A stretch of DNA of 64,000 bases from Moniliella sp. 'wahieum' (taxonomy: Eukaryota): NCBI GenBank assembly GCA_003971905.1, contig RSEE01000111.1, forward strand, positions 124,001 to 188,000, in the 5' to 3' direction. The first letter of the stretch is position 1, and each line of letters starts with the position of its first letter. The notes beneath the pieces are model-generated. The model was given only the letters and a program-made list of their open reading frames with translations, was not told the DNA's origin and made no database searches. Shown here piece by piece: positions 24,715 to 38,061 of this stretch. Made by a program: the position numbers and the translations under genes.

Positions 24715-27700
24715 GCTCGGTTGTACTGAGTGGCGGAGGGTGGAGGGTGAAAGGTGGAGGGTGGAGGAAAGAAGTTGTTGGGGGGAAGAGAGAGAGAGAG
24801 AGAGAGAGGACGACAGCAGCCTGGCTTTTATATACCTCACGCGCCGTGCCGGGCAGGTACTTTGTTCCGTCCTATTCGGCACATCGAAGCTAATCGGAGA
24901 GGAGGCGGGTCGAGGGCGTGTGTGTTGGCAACGGGTAACAGTCCCCCTTCGGATATGTGTGTGCGGCGTGGAGGCACTCAGCTCTTATAGCGGATGCCGC
25001 CCACCCGGTCTCAACCGCGCCCCACTGGCACCCCGACACAGCTGCGGGCAGGCCTGTCAAGTGCTGCTGCTTTTGTGCAATGTTTTGTGCAATGCATTTC
25101 ATGGCTACCGATGTGGTCTGCGCCGGCGGTTGGATGGGGAGAGGGGCGGGTAGCCTGCGTCGCTTCTCTCTCTGATGGGGCCCCCACGGGGACGATGTGC
25201 TCGGATCGTTTTTTTGCGCCGCGTGTCGTGGGATAATATGTGCACTGCCGTCCGTTGTGTTTGGGGGAGTAGGGAAGGGGAGAAGGGAGCATCCGACAGG
25301 AGGAAGAGCGGAAGCTAGCCGACTGCGGCCGTGCGTTGAGGCGCAGGCAGACGGACGCGATGGTGACTATGCGGAGCGCACTGTGGGATGACACCTACTA
25401 TACTCTCCCACCTGTTATTACTTGCTGTAGCGGCGAGAAGCGCGCAGCAAGGCAGGCGGGGGCGCCGGAGCAGGGCAGTGCCCCCAGGGGTAAACTTTAG
25501 ACCGTCAAAAGTTCAAGGTTGCAATACACTGTGGGACAGCCAGCACGAGGCCAGTGTGCTGAGCTGCACCTCAGCTGCGTGCTAGCTACTAATTAAGTCA
25601 ATCCAGTTTTTCTTCTCCAGTTGAGCACCAGAGAAGGCCGTGCGCATCGCCCGCGTCTTGAGGTGCTGCGTCCGCGGTGCCTTTGCCTTCACGCTCCCTT
25701 CCCTCCTCCCCCTCAGGGATGCTGCGCCACACCCGGTTCTACTTTGTCACATTGACCGCGCTGGAAGATATATGCTGTGTGAGAAAAGGCCGCCGCACCA
25801 TCGTGTCGCCGGCTGCTGATGTTGTGCCGAGAAGGAGTCGGTGCTCTGTTGTGTCCGGGGGGTGAAAGTTGAACTGTGCTGCAAACAGCCACGAGGGCAG
25901 AGGAGGACTGTGTGTGAACTCGTCTGCCTCATCCTCGAGAGGATCGCGATGAGAAAAGACGGAGGACAGAGTGCCCAGCTGCCTCAGGCGCTCACAGTAA
26001 TGTGGCAAGTGCAGTGTGTGGGTGTGTGGCCCTTCCTTTGGCCTCAATACAACCTTTTCGTGGCGACAAGAAGCAGGCCGAACCCCACGGCGCGTGGGGC
26101 CTGCGTGTGCGCAGGCAAGTGGTCGCAAGTCACTATTACTTCCTCCTAGCACTAATCAGTCACTACTCACAGTATTCAATCGAAGAGTCAATATTCCGTT
26201 GTCAAGCTTTAAGCTTCAACCTACTCAAGCTTCAAGCTATTCAAGCTGCTTCACAAGCTTCACATGTCACAAGCCTGCGCCTTCCTTAGTTCCTCCGACG
26301 CGCCGTACCGCGCCTGCAGAACGCTCGTGGGGCAGACATCCACTGCAACGTGAGCCGCGTCGCGGTATTTTAATCCTGTGCGCCGCGGGAGGCAGAGGAA
26401 AGGCACACTGGCCTTGTGCCTCGCAGTCATTGAGTATACGCATCATACTACGAAGCGAAGCGGCACACAGCAACCTGTGCACTTCGACACGCCTTTCGAC
26501 CCCCTTCGATGCCGCGTCGATTATAATGAACGATTGCATCCTGCCTGCCTCAGGCCTCATCGACCTCATCCAACCTGTATTATGCCGTTCCTTTACCTCT
26601 TAAGGGGGGGCTCTTTTGTGAGGCTGCTGCGCGTCATGTAGCTGAGTAGACCCAGGTATCAACCGAGGTACTACAGGCCCCTATATCCAAACCCCTCCAT
26701 CAACTGCATATGACGCGGATGCCATACATGCATCATGTGCACCTGGCCAATTGTGCGCGCACACTGGCGGTCAAAAATTGAGCACCGTAACGCTGGATGC
26801 ACGCACTGTCTTTACAATGACTTTATGCAGAACCTCCCTACCTCGACCCTGCGGCCTCGGGTACACAGGCCCACACAGTCTCACACTAGCCCTGACGAGT
26901 TGCATGACCGGCACGACGGTGTCTGGACGAGATGTATGTGTGCCTAATTGTATAGTGACTTGTAAAAGCACTTCGCTAGTGGCCATTAAGACTGATGCCT
27001 GAGGCCGGAGGCCTGACGCCTGACAGCCGTGCCACCGACGCAGGGTTTGCAGTAGTTGCACTGGTCCCGCCCAAGGAGATGGGATCTTTACCACCTTACA
27101 AGTGATACGATTGATCATCTTACTGGTTCCCCTACGGAGTTTGACGGGATCAATACTCAGTAGTACTCAGTATCAGTAAAAGCACACTGCCGCCACTTGG
27201 GGCCTGACTTTTGCTTCGTACACTTGCATGTGCCCCGCGATTTGCTCGGCCTACCTAGTTTTCCAATCGATAATGAGATTGGGAAAGTGTGATGGGGACG
27301 ATCGTGCGATGAACGTACGATTGGCTTGGACAGGTATAATCCAAACCTCCTGTGCTCCCTGGTGCATGAGGCGGTGTAGGGAAAGAAGCAGAATTAAGCT
27401 TAAGACTGGAATTGCGACCGCCCACCTCGCAGCACCGTGCTACTCCTCAGTGTTTCCATGTCCAGCTTTACCATTGGCGGACACATTCAACACGTTCAAC
27501 ATAGTATGCATACTACCTGTGATAATAGTCTAGATGCTGCTGCTTCACGACAGGCGGTTTCTTTTTCCCACCCGGCCCCATAGCAATGCTCCTCTCCAGT
27601 CACATAAGTCAGATGAGTCAGATGAGTCACACGGATGGGATGGTAGGTGGATTAAGGTGTCTACACCCCGTCTGTTGGCACCTTGCGTCCTGAGCCTGAA

Positions 27701-29747
27701 GATGCCTAGTCATCATCCCTTCAGTGTGAGCACGCGAAGGAGCTCCACCAGCCAATGGTCTCCCACAACACAAATTCAATGGAGCGAGAGGGGGGAGGAG
27801 TAATATTCGGTGCTATAATGTGATGCTGCGCCTGACAGAGAAGGCGTCCGGCTTCGCCACTTATAGAGTTTTCATCTACCCAACACCTATTACGTACATA
27901 AGATGTTCTGTTCCTGCCAGGGCTGGTCACTAACCTTTTAATGACTGTCACGAGTGGCCATCACCACCACCGCCACCAGCCTTCTCAGTCATCAAATCGT
28001 CAAATCCGCTTCGTGCGTTTTGTCGGTTGGCAAAACGATTCGACCACACTTTCGGGTATAGTAATACCGAGGTGTACTCCTCGCTCCTTACATGTTCTTG
28101 GTCAACAATCAAGACTTCCTTCACTCACTCTGTCACTTCAACACGTCCACTTTGTAATACACCACTGCATCACAATCCCCTCGTCGGGTCATTCGCACTA
28201 ACACAAACCCGCCTTATATAACAGTGTGTGTCATCTTCGTAGCAGCCGTCACTGGCAACTTTTCCTCTCCGCCTTTTGGCACACCTGAACGATCAAACGC
28301 AGCTCTACCAATAGTCAAGCACCTGACGTGCGCGGCATATATATAGGCCAATGCCGGGCTCAGCGCGCTGACGCTGAGACTTGGTTACGACTTTTGGCCA
28401 CTGTCACATGCGCCTGTCACCCATGTCACATGTCACATGTCACATGCGAGCTGAACAGCTGGACAAGACCCTGGCGTCTCATCCCATGCATTCGGGTACG
28501 TGTAGGGAGTGTGTGTTTGCTGACTGCTGACTGTCGTGGATCGAAGTGGTTTGGTGTGGGCGGGGGGCGTGCCGTAGTAGTACGGATAGACAGACGGTGC
28601 GCTTCGAAGCAAAAGGCACGAAAAGGCTTCCGCGGCCGCCGAGACAGAAGAGGGGAGGGGAGAGGTCGTCGAAAACGTTAGTATGCAGTGGCGCTGTTGG
28701 CCTCTAGATTGGAAGCCTATCATTCTACAAATCTTTTGGTGGGCGACGCACCCGGGCAATTACACAACTGCTGACGCAGCTCGTGCCGATTGAAAGATGG
28801 AAATGCGAGCCCACAGTAATGGTCCGCGGAGTGCGGTGCATGGAGCAACCGATGGGCACGTGCGGTGAGCGCCGTAGTACGCCGTCAGAGTACTCCATCC
28901 AACCTGCCGACAGACGACCTGGTGTGCGGGACGATGCAACAACACGCATAAGTGTGTGGGGGGGGGCAAGGAGAAGGGGCAGACAACGAGACGGAGGCTC
29001 ACGGTGGCGAGTAGGACGGTAAGGCTACGCTCAGGCTAAATGTTAATTGGGCGGCAGCGGCATTTCGGCCCGGCGCGGCCGCCGAGCGCCGAGGGGCTGC
29101 GTGGATCGGGGGAGGAGGGAAGCGGGGGCAGGAGGCCGGTGTGCCGTTCTGGGACAGCCGAGCTGCTCCCAGTGTGACATGTGAGCGCTGAGCCTCGTAG
29201 CTCCAAGTTCAACTGAACGTCCAACCCACACGCCCTACCCCCCCCCCTCTTCGCCTTGGGCAGCCGGGTATACAAGAAGGCGCATCCGCACCCTGTCTCG
29301 CGTCATCGATTCATCCATCATCCACATCCTTCTTGCGTTCTCGTCCCGTTCGGACGCGCGCCGGCCTCACGCGTCAGATCGCCGCAGTCAGACCCGCAAG
29401 CCTCCGAGGAGCGACATACATACACGCCCCCTGGCGCACCGCGTGTGTTGGCGGGCGGGCGTGCCTGGGGCGCGGGGCGGAGCGTGCTTGCCGAATCGCA
29501 GCCGGCCACCTGCAGCATCCCACCCGGCGTGCACGGACCGCACGGACCACAGCACCACAGCACCACAGCCCTGCTTGCGCCTCGTCGAAGCGCCCAACAC
29601 GCGCCTTTCGCTCTCGCCCTTGCGCCTTGCGCCTTGTCCCGCCCTGAGGCCTGACGCCTGAGGCTCAGGCCCGATGGCGGTGGCTATTTAAGCCTCCCCC
29701 CTGTGTTCTTCGCCACCCCCCCCCCCCCACCACCACCACACCACACC

Positions 29748-31575
29748 ATGGTCTCGCACGCCACGTTGACGTTGACGACCTGCTCGCTGCTGCCGCCGAC
29801 CACGGCCTGACCGTCGCCGGCTCCCGGCACACCGATGGGGCTTCCACCCCGTTTGGCGGGCGCTACCGTGCCTCCACCCTCCCCCACAACTCGATTCCCG
29901 ACGAGGGCGTGTCGCCGGAAGATGCGCACCAGGTGATTGAGGGCCAGTTGGCGCTCGATGGCAAGCCCTCGCTCAACCTCGCGTCCTTTGTCTCCACGGA
30001 CCTCAACGACCCTGGTTTCCGTTTGTTCCGCGTACGTCACCCGCTTGCCTTGCTCCCCCTCGTCTCGCCCGGTTTTTTGCTTTCCGTTTTGTTCTCCCGC
30101 CTGCAAACTGACACTGACTGATGCGCATGCGACGGCCGCCTTGTCCTACTAGGACCACTACAATATCAACTTGGCCGATGCCGATGAGTATCCCTCCACG
30201 GTCATGATCCATGGACGGTGTGTGTCGATGATTTCGGACCTTTGGAATGCGCCGAAAGAGGTGGACGCCAATGGGAGGCCGTGCGTGCGCTTGGCACGGC
30301 GACCACAGGCTCGTCCGAGGGCATCATGCTCGGTGCGCTGGCGCTCAAGAAACGGTGGCAGCAGCGTCGCAAGGCCGCTGGCTTGCCCTTTGACAGCCCA
30401 ACTTGCTCGTCGGCGCCAACACGCAAGTGGCGTCGAAAAGGCAGCCAAGTACTTTGACATTGAACTGCGCCTGGTGCCCGTCAGCTCGTCGAGTCGAGTT
30501 ACCGCCTCGACCCAGAAAAGGCAGTGGAGATGGCGGATGAAAACACGATTGCCGTGTACGTGATTGCCGGCGCGACTTACACGGGGGCGATCGAGCCGGT
30601 CAAGGAGATGAGCGAGCGGCTGGACACGCTGCAGAAGGAAAAGGGTATTGATATTCCGATCCATGTCGATGCGGCCTCGGCGGGTTTGTCCTACCGTTTG
30701 CCTGGCCCGATTTGGAGTGGGACTTTCGCGTGCCGCGCGTAGCGTCGATCAATGCGTCGGGACACAAGTACGGCCTGGCGCCATGTGGCTTGGGATGGGT
30801 CATCTGGCGCACGCCCGAGTACCTGCCCAAAGAATTGCTCTTCTCGATTGACTACCTCGGCACGGCCGGCGGCGCCATCGACTTCAACCTCAACTTTTCC
30901 CGGCCGGCCGCGCCGATGCTGGTGCAGTACTAAACTTTATCCAGCTCGGCCGCCAGGGCTACCGGGAGATTGTGGCGGCGGACCTGCGCAATGCACGCAT
31001 GTTTGCGCGCGCGCTGGAGAACAGCGGGTACTATGAGATTGCGTCGGAAGTGCACCTGCCGCGCGGGGTGAGGAAACGGACCCGACAAAGGCCGCATACT
31101 ACAAGCCCGCGCTGCCCGTCGTGGCGTTCAAGTGGGCCGATGGGTTTGTGAGCCAGTACCCGCACCTGAAGGGAAAGCAGGTGTGGGTGCAGACGCTGCT
31201 GCGTGCGCGCGGCTGGATCGTACCCAACTACGGCCTGCCGCAGCCGCTCCACGACACGCAGATCCTCCGCGTCGTCATCCGCCAGGCCACCACCTCCGAT
31301 CTGATTGCGACGCTGGTGGAGACATTCTGGACATTACCGACACGATCATCCACGAGTTTGCAGCGGCCGACCTGGGCGGCGCAGGCGCGGCGGTGCTCGC
31401 GGGCCGTCCCCCTGCGGTGCCGTCGCCGTCGCCGGCGGCTCGCGCACGGGCACGCCGTCAACACCGCAAGCACCGCCACGTGCACAACCGGCGCAAGAAC
31501 CGCAACATGTACCTCCGGCCGTCAGCCAGCCCGATTGGCCGCGCCGCCGTCCGGGGCTTTGGCCGGACGTGCTGA
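29748..31575 (+). CDS. GAD1: Glutamate decarboxylase (PLP-dependent)
   Basis: [63 protein letters not shown] (PLP lysine) and NFSRP; intron about 30032-30152; TATA-like TATTTAA at about 29685. Confidence 0.95.
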
Positions 31576-31796
31576 GGGTGGTGTAGAATTGGATATGGAT
31601 GGGATATGGTACTCTAGGACAGGGGAACTCGTACCTGGGGCAGGCCGTATATAGGGCTGGGGCACGTGCGCGTCACGTGCTGCCGGCTGAGTGGGACAAG
31701 TAGTGAGCAACTCAGTAGTGGCCAGTGCGAGCACCACCATCTCGGCCCTCGGTACTAGCTATAGTACTAGCTATAGTACTGCCGTTCGGAACCGCC

Positions 31797-33153
31797 ATGA
31801 TCCGCATCCGGTGTGTCCTGCCTCCTCTGTGCGCTGTGCGCTGCGCAGACCCTAACCCCCGCCCAGCTTCCCCAGCGCACCGCCACCCCCGCCCACACAC
31901 CACACCCGACATGACCCTCGACGACCTCCACGCGCTCGTCTTCAGCCTCACCAAATCCCCCCCCGACCAGCAGGAGCGTACGTCTTCTCCCCCCTTCCCC
32001 TTCCCCCCTGCTGGCCTGCCGCGTCCCCCGCAACACCTGCCTTCCCAGTCAAGACAGGCATCCCCATCCGCTCCCTCGCTCTCGCCTCGCGCCCGCGACA
32101 CCCCGCTCTCCGACCCGCGCGTCAGCATCGCCAACCGCAGCCAGGTCATCGTCGCTCCCCCGCATGGGAACGCTCGTGGAGCAAAGTGTGCCCGTTGCGC
32201 CTGTTGCACCTGTTGCGCAGGCTACTGCAGCTGCTCCTGCCGACCCTGTGCCGCGCGCCTTGCCCGCCCCCGTGCGAAGCAAGTGTCCTCCGCCATGGCC
32301 ACCGTCCAGCGGCTGCGACAGCAGCGGTCGCTGCTGTTGACCAGCGGCCGCACTCGTCTTCCACCCCGGCTGGAGTTGGCGCCTGGGCCGCTCTGCCGCC
32401 GGCTCGTCCCTCGCCGCGTCGGCGCCGGCTAATAGGAAACATTACCGTGCCTTGGGCGATGAGTTTGTCGTGCTCAACATTGTGCCTGACGACAATAGCT
32501 GTTTCACCAGTGCGGCGTGGTCTGTCTGGATCGGCGAGCGCGCAGGCGCAGAAAACTACGAACTCGTACGTCTGCCTCCCTCTGCGCTGTGTCTCGTATA
32601 TTTCTTCGTCGGTTGCGTTCCGATGCGCAGGCGAGACTAACGTGTGGTGTGGTGGCAGTTGTCGCGAACAGATCCTGCGCATCCGAAGAGTACACCGAGG
32701 CGTTCCTCGGCCAGCCGACGGAGGAGTACGCTGCGCGCATCCAGCAGCCCAAACGTGTGGGGCGGCGCGATCGAGCTGGCCATCTTATCGGACCAGTTTG
32801 GCGTGGAGATTGACAGCATCGATATAGGTACGGGCCGAGTGGACGGTACGGCGAAGCGAAGCAGTTTTCCCAACGCGTCTATCTCGCCTACAGTGGTATC
32901 AATACGATCCATCCTCCTCTCCCAGCCTCGATGCCCCACTGGACTTTGCACGTCCAAGTTTGATCCCGACCAGGCCGATCGCGTCATCTCGGTCGGCTCG
33001 AGTTGGCCGACGACCTGCGCCACAAAAAGTACTACACCAACGTCTCCTCCTTACGTTGCGGTGCAAGCAGTGCGGCGCTTCGCTCGTGGGCGAACGCGGC
33101 GCCGTACACCATTCCACGTCTCGGGCCACACAGATTTCGAAGAATACTCTTAA
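31797..33153 (+). CDS. OTU1: Ubiquitin thioesterase OTU1/YOD1 (UBL + OTU + C2H2 zinc finger)
   Basis: VPDDNSC catalytic motif, WGGAIELAILS, LAYSGI and C-terminal LRCKQC..VGE....H...GHTDFEEY*; several introns. Confidence 0.9.
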
Positions 33154-33540
33154 CCTCGCCCGCTGCGGCACTGTGATCCCTCTGATGGATATCCATCCCC
33201 GTCTCCCCCCCCACCCTCCCATGCTCTGCCGTATATCCCTTGCCTCTTCCCTTCCCTTTTCTGTGCGCTGCCGTACCCTTTACTGCCGCACCGTACCCTT
33301 CCTTGCCCTTGCTCATCGTGCCCTGCTTTCTCTACACTCTACCCCCCCACCCCCCTTCAGCTTTCATTCAAGACTTTCATCATGATCTGTTCGACAGGTG
33401 GTTGATCACCAAGCAGACATGGATCATGGACTGGAGAGAATGGGGAGACCGACAGACCGACAGACAAGACAGACAGACAGACCAGAGACAGGTGGTAGGC
33501 ACCGCAAACGCAACGCAATGCAACGCATGCAGCGTAGTGC

Positions 33541-36500
33541 CTAGGACCGGATCTGATGCCTTTATCTTGGGTGGGCAGGGATCGTCCTGACGATCGGGTG
33601 GTCGAGGCCAAGCACGTCGTCGGGCTGAAGCGGTGGTCCCAGAGCACGTCGGCATCTTCAATGTAAGATGGTTGTTGGTACAGGCTAGTTTGGACCAGGG
33701 CGAAGCGGAAGCGAGCGAATTCCTCTCGGGCACATCCAAGCGCGTCGGAGCCGCTTCTTGGTCGTGCCAAACGCCTCGCCACGTCGAACGACAAATTTAA
33801 ATGGGATACCATGCACGCGGTGCACGTCGCGCGAAAAGTGGAACACGTTGATCAACTTGTCGTCATCTTGTACATTCACCTCGTCCACCGGTACTCCTCT
33901 GCAAACAGTTCCGCCGCTTCGCTAGGTTGCCCACCATTGCCCGCCACTCAACTTTTGACTCTTGCCGTTGCTCGCCACCTCAAACAGCCGCAGCCCCCCG
34001 TGCCGCCCGCACTCAGCTCCACTTTCTTCCCCACTTCCTCGGCCAGATCGTGCACCGTCTTGGTCCGCGGCAAGAGGAAGCGGTGCTCTTCCTCCTCCTT
34101 GTTGTGCGCGCCCGTCCAATAAACCCGGATGCTGCGCTTGGTCTCCAGCTCTACAATGCTCACGTCCAACAACTCGTAGTACAACAGCGACGCCGAGCCT
34201 TGGAGGTAGCTCAAGCTGACAATTTCGCCCACGGTCTGGTTGGCCGAGCGCTTAATCACCGTTTTGGGCGTGCCATTGGGACCATTGGCAATGACAAACC
34301 GGATCTTGAGCGGGTCGTGCTTCAGCAGCTCGCCGGCCTTGGCGGACATGAGGTCGTACGTCATCTTTTCGACAGGGTGAGGCACACTTCTTGCTTGGCC
34401 GTGGGCGTAGGCGTGCGCGGCTTGAAGAGCACTTGATTTGGTTTTGCAAAAAGTCGTAAAACTGGACCGGGTTCGAGTACATCGACTGGACCTCCAAGTC
34501 ATGCACGTCGCGCTCAGGCAAGTCCATCTGGAAACACACAATGTCCCCATCTTGAATTCGGACGCACGGAAGGTGGAGGTAGGTTTCATCTGCTCAATCA
34601 TCCGGGCTTGATTTCCTCGTAGAGTTGACGGTCGTCGTAGGCGGCCAGCGCATGCGTGGTTGATGGTCGTCGCCAAGTCGCCCACGTTTTGCTCGTTTTG
34701 CACATACACTCGTCCTAGCCCCTGCAGCGTCTGGCCAAACACATCAAAGTACTTGAGAAACACCATCGACGTGCCACCCACCGTACCGCCGCGCGCATCA
34801 AACTCGGCCAACTTCTCCGCGTCGAGCTCGAGGAACAGTCGAAGGTCCGTCTGCCGCGACGCCATCTTCTCCCGCACCATCTCCATCGTCAAGCTCGCAT
34901 CCGACTCGGGCACCACATTGTCCGGTCGGATCGTCTTGTTCTGTCGGTTGACCAGCACCCAAAACCGAATGTCCGACTCGGGATGCTTAAAGTGCTCTGC
35001 CATCCGCGCTTTGAACACCACAAACGGCTCGTCTTTTTTCACCCGGAACGTGGCAGCTCCGAGGCGGGCAGGGTACGATCGTCAAACGTGGCCAGGTCAA
35101 AGCCCTGGTGCTTGCGGAAGGTAGATTCGGTCACGAGCTTGACCGTCATGTACAAATGCTGTTCCTCCCGTTCTTTGCGTTTGGTTTCGAGCAACCGACG
35201 CTCCTCTTCCAGGCGCTTGCGCAGGTGCACCGGTGTCATCTCGGCCGTCAGCGGCGCCAGCACTTGGTCATACTCCGCCGCACGCAGGTACACCAGCATA
35301 TACGCATTGGTCAACCGCTTAAACTTCCTGCAGCGGCCGCACCCCGGGCCCAGCCAGTGGCTCCCCACCATAGTTGTCCTCCAGCACCTCCTTGACCGTC
35401 ACGGGCGTCACCCGGTCGTCGTCAAACTTGAACCAGCCACTGTCGCGGTCGGCTTGATCAGGGCAAAGTAGTGGCCGCCATTCAGGTCGCCCCGAATGGA
35501 CAAGCACGCCGTGCAGGTGGTAGGTCCAGTCCTCCTCCCGCACCCGCTGGTCCCTCCTTGTCGACAAACGGAGCCAGGTCGATGCTGAGCGGGAACTCGT
35601 GGCGGTCATTGATCTTGACCATCGCGTCCTTCTCCACATTGTATTCAAACCGTTTGAGTTGGAGGTGCAGAACAGGTGGGAAGGACTGGAACGTAACCCT
35701 TTGATGGCTGGTTGCAGACCATAGCCATCGGCTTGGTACTTGTTTCCCCGTCCAGCCGCTCGGCCGCGACATAATCTTTAAACGAGTCCTCCAGCGTCTT
35801 GATGCCCTTGACATTGAGTTGGACGTCGGAAAAGGTCTCGACGCGCGAAGAAGAGTAGTTGACCTGGGTGCAGGTAATGTACGTTCGCATCTTGCCCGTA
35901 AACAGCTTTCAATCGACCCATCCGCCTCGGTGCCCTTCATCTGCGTCTCGAGCTTGTCTTGCAAGACCCGGTTGAACTCTTGCACATCATGCTGCAGGAA
36001 ACTGTCGAGCGAGCGCCAGCCAAAGCTTTGGTCAACTCGGTCGTGCTGACAGGAAGGTCGGAGGTCTGGAGCTGGTAAAACAGCCGCTGCAGCGCGAGCG
36101 GCACACTTTCCGATGGCGTATCGTGCTCAGTCGGAATCTGGTACACCGCTTTGCGGAAGGCGGGGGTAAGGAAGAGGGATTGGAGCAACGAGTTCATGTA
36201 GCATGTGGCGCCCTGGTTCTTGATGCCGACAAAGCCAGTTTCCTTCTTCGAGTCGTAGTTGGCAAAGTTGTGCCACAGCACGCCAGTCGGGTCCTTGACC
36301 ACGCGCACAAACGCACTGATGCGTGCCTTGCCATTCTCGAGGATCGGCCGCGCGCGGCCCTCGCCCGGGGCCAGCAGTTTCTTGAGCTCACTGAAGCGGG
36401 TGAACCCCCAGTCCATCTCCTCCTGGGTAAGCGGTGGGGGCAAGGCTGCTGACAAAGATGGTGGTCGGTGGGGTTGGAGATGACAAGCGAGAACTGGGCA

Positions 36501-37334
36501 CAGACGTGCCAGCCCTCGGGCTTGCCCTTGGCGCCGGCATAGTCAAGGTAGAGACTGACCATGTCGTTCGGCTGGCCGTGCGAGTTGCCAAAGGGGAAGA
36601 GAAGGATGCGCCACCGATGGCCGCCGCATTCAAACTCGGGGCCGGTCAGGCGTTGCGGCAACGTGTCCCACTCGGGCACATCCCAGTGGTACACGGCCTC
36701 GGCCTCGGCCTCCAGGCCGTAGTCGGCGAGAGGGTCTGGCAAAGACGTGCTCGTCGGTGACGGCGGGGATGGGGTCGTCGGACACGGGCGCGAGGGCCGG
36801 AGGGGGCGGGGGTGGCGGTCGGGGTCGAGGCAGGGGCAGGGGCAGGAGGAGCAGGAGCAGGGCAGGGGCAGGAGCAGAAGCAGGGGCAGATGCTGGTGGC
36901 GGCGTTCCGGACGCAGAGAGAGGACTGCGGTTTGGACGACGAGGGGGGGGGAGGGGGGCAGGCGGTCAGCAGACGCGCAGACACAGCGAGGGCAGAGGGC
37001 CACGTACGGTGCGCGGGGGGGCGGGGGGCGCTGTCGAGGGGGCGGGGGGGTCGTCGGCGGGCGGGGGCCGGGAGCGGGAGCGGGAGCGGGAGCGGGAGGG
37101 CGAGCGGGTCGGCGTCGGGGCGGGTGAGTTGGTGCTCGACGGCGCATGCGATGATGGCGACCATGGGCTGTCCTCGGGGAGGACGGTGTGTGAGGTCCTG
37201 CTGGAGGCCCAGTCGACCAGGGCGGCCTTGGAGGCGCCGGGGCGGGGGCCGGCGTTGAGGTCGGCGATGGCCTGGAGCTGCTGGGTGTGGAAGAGCTGCC
37301 AGGTGGTGCGCAGCTGGTCGGGTGTGGGGGGCAT
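33541..37334 (-). CDS. UBP15: Ubiquitin C-terminal hydrolase UBP15/USP7 (MATH + USP + UBL domains)
   Basis: MATH (FECGGHRWRILLFPFGN, DWGFTRF), Cys box NQGATCYMNSLLQSL, QEFNRVLQD, His box YHLHGVLVHSG, WFKFDD, NAYMLVY, and C-terminal HGIPFKFV. Start codon uncertain. Confidence 0.93.
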
Positions 37335-37605
37335 GGCGGTGGGGGTGGTGGGGGTGGTGGAGATGGCGGTGGGGGGGGTGGGATGGCGGCTGGCGCGGCC
37401 TGGCTGAGCTGAGCCGAGGGGAGCGTGGCGCGGGGAGCGGGAGGCTGCGCTGCCGAAGGAAGGAACGGCACGTGCGCCGCTTTGCACCGATGGGGGGGGG
37501 GGTGTCGTTTCTTGCTGGACGCGTCACATGACTGCGTTACGTCAGCTAGCGCCCAATATACCCACGCGGGTGGATTTTCTAGTGTCCCAGTAACGCTGAA
37601 CCGCC

Positions 37606-38061
37606 ATGGCCAGCAGCGACCTGGATGTGCGCATCGAGCTGGGGTGAGTCCGAGTGCTGCTCTGCTGCGCCCACGAAGTACTGACGCCTCCCCAGCGGCG
37701 GCCTCGAGCTGCTGACGGCGCCGCCCCACGCCAAGCACCACCGCTCCGCCTGCCCCGCCAGCAGCCCTCGGCTGCCCCCGCCTCGTCCGCCGCCCTCACC
37801 CCCCCGTCACCCCCGATGGCCCCGCCGCCGCTGACGCCGCCCACCCCCACCACCCCACCACCATGGCCCACTCATCCGCTGGATGCTCACCCACCTCATT
37901 GCCGAGCGCCCCGAGCTGTTTGCCGAGCCCTCTGCCGACACGGTCCGCCCCGGCATCCTCGTCCTCATCAACGATGCCGACTGGGAGCTGGAAGGCGAGG
38001 GCGCATACGAGCTGCAAGACGGCGACCACATCTCGTTCATCTCCACCTCCATGGCGGCTAG
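37606..38061 (+). CDS. URM1: Ubiquitin-related modifier 1
   Basis: IELG-[intron]-[41 protein letters not shown](L)HGG* after correcting one indel. Confidence 0.93.

Noticed and set aside
30931..30933. In-frame TAA in GAD1 as stop-codon readthrough
   Set aside because: Restoring one missing base gives the conserved QYYNF and the correct downstream frame, so it is an indel error.
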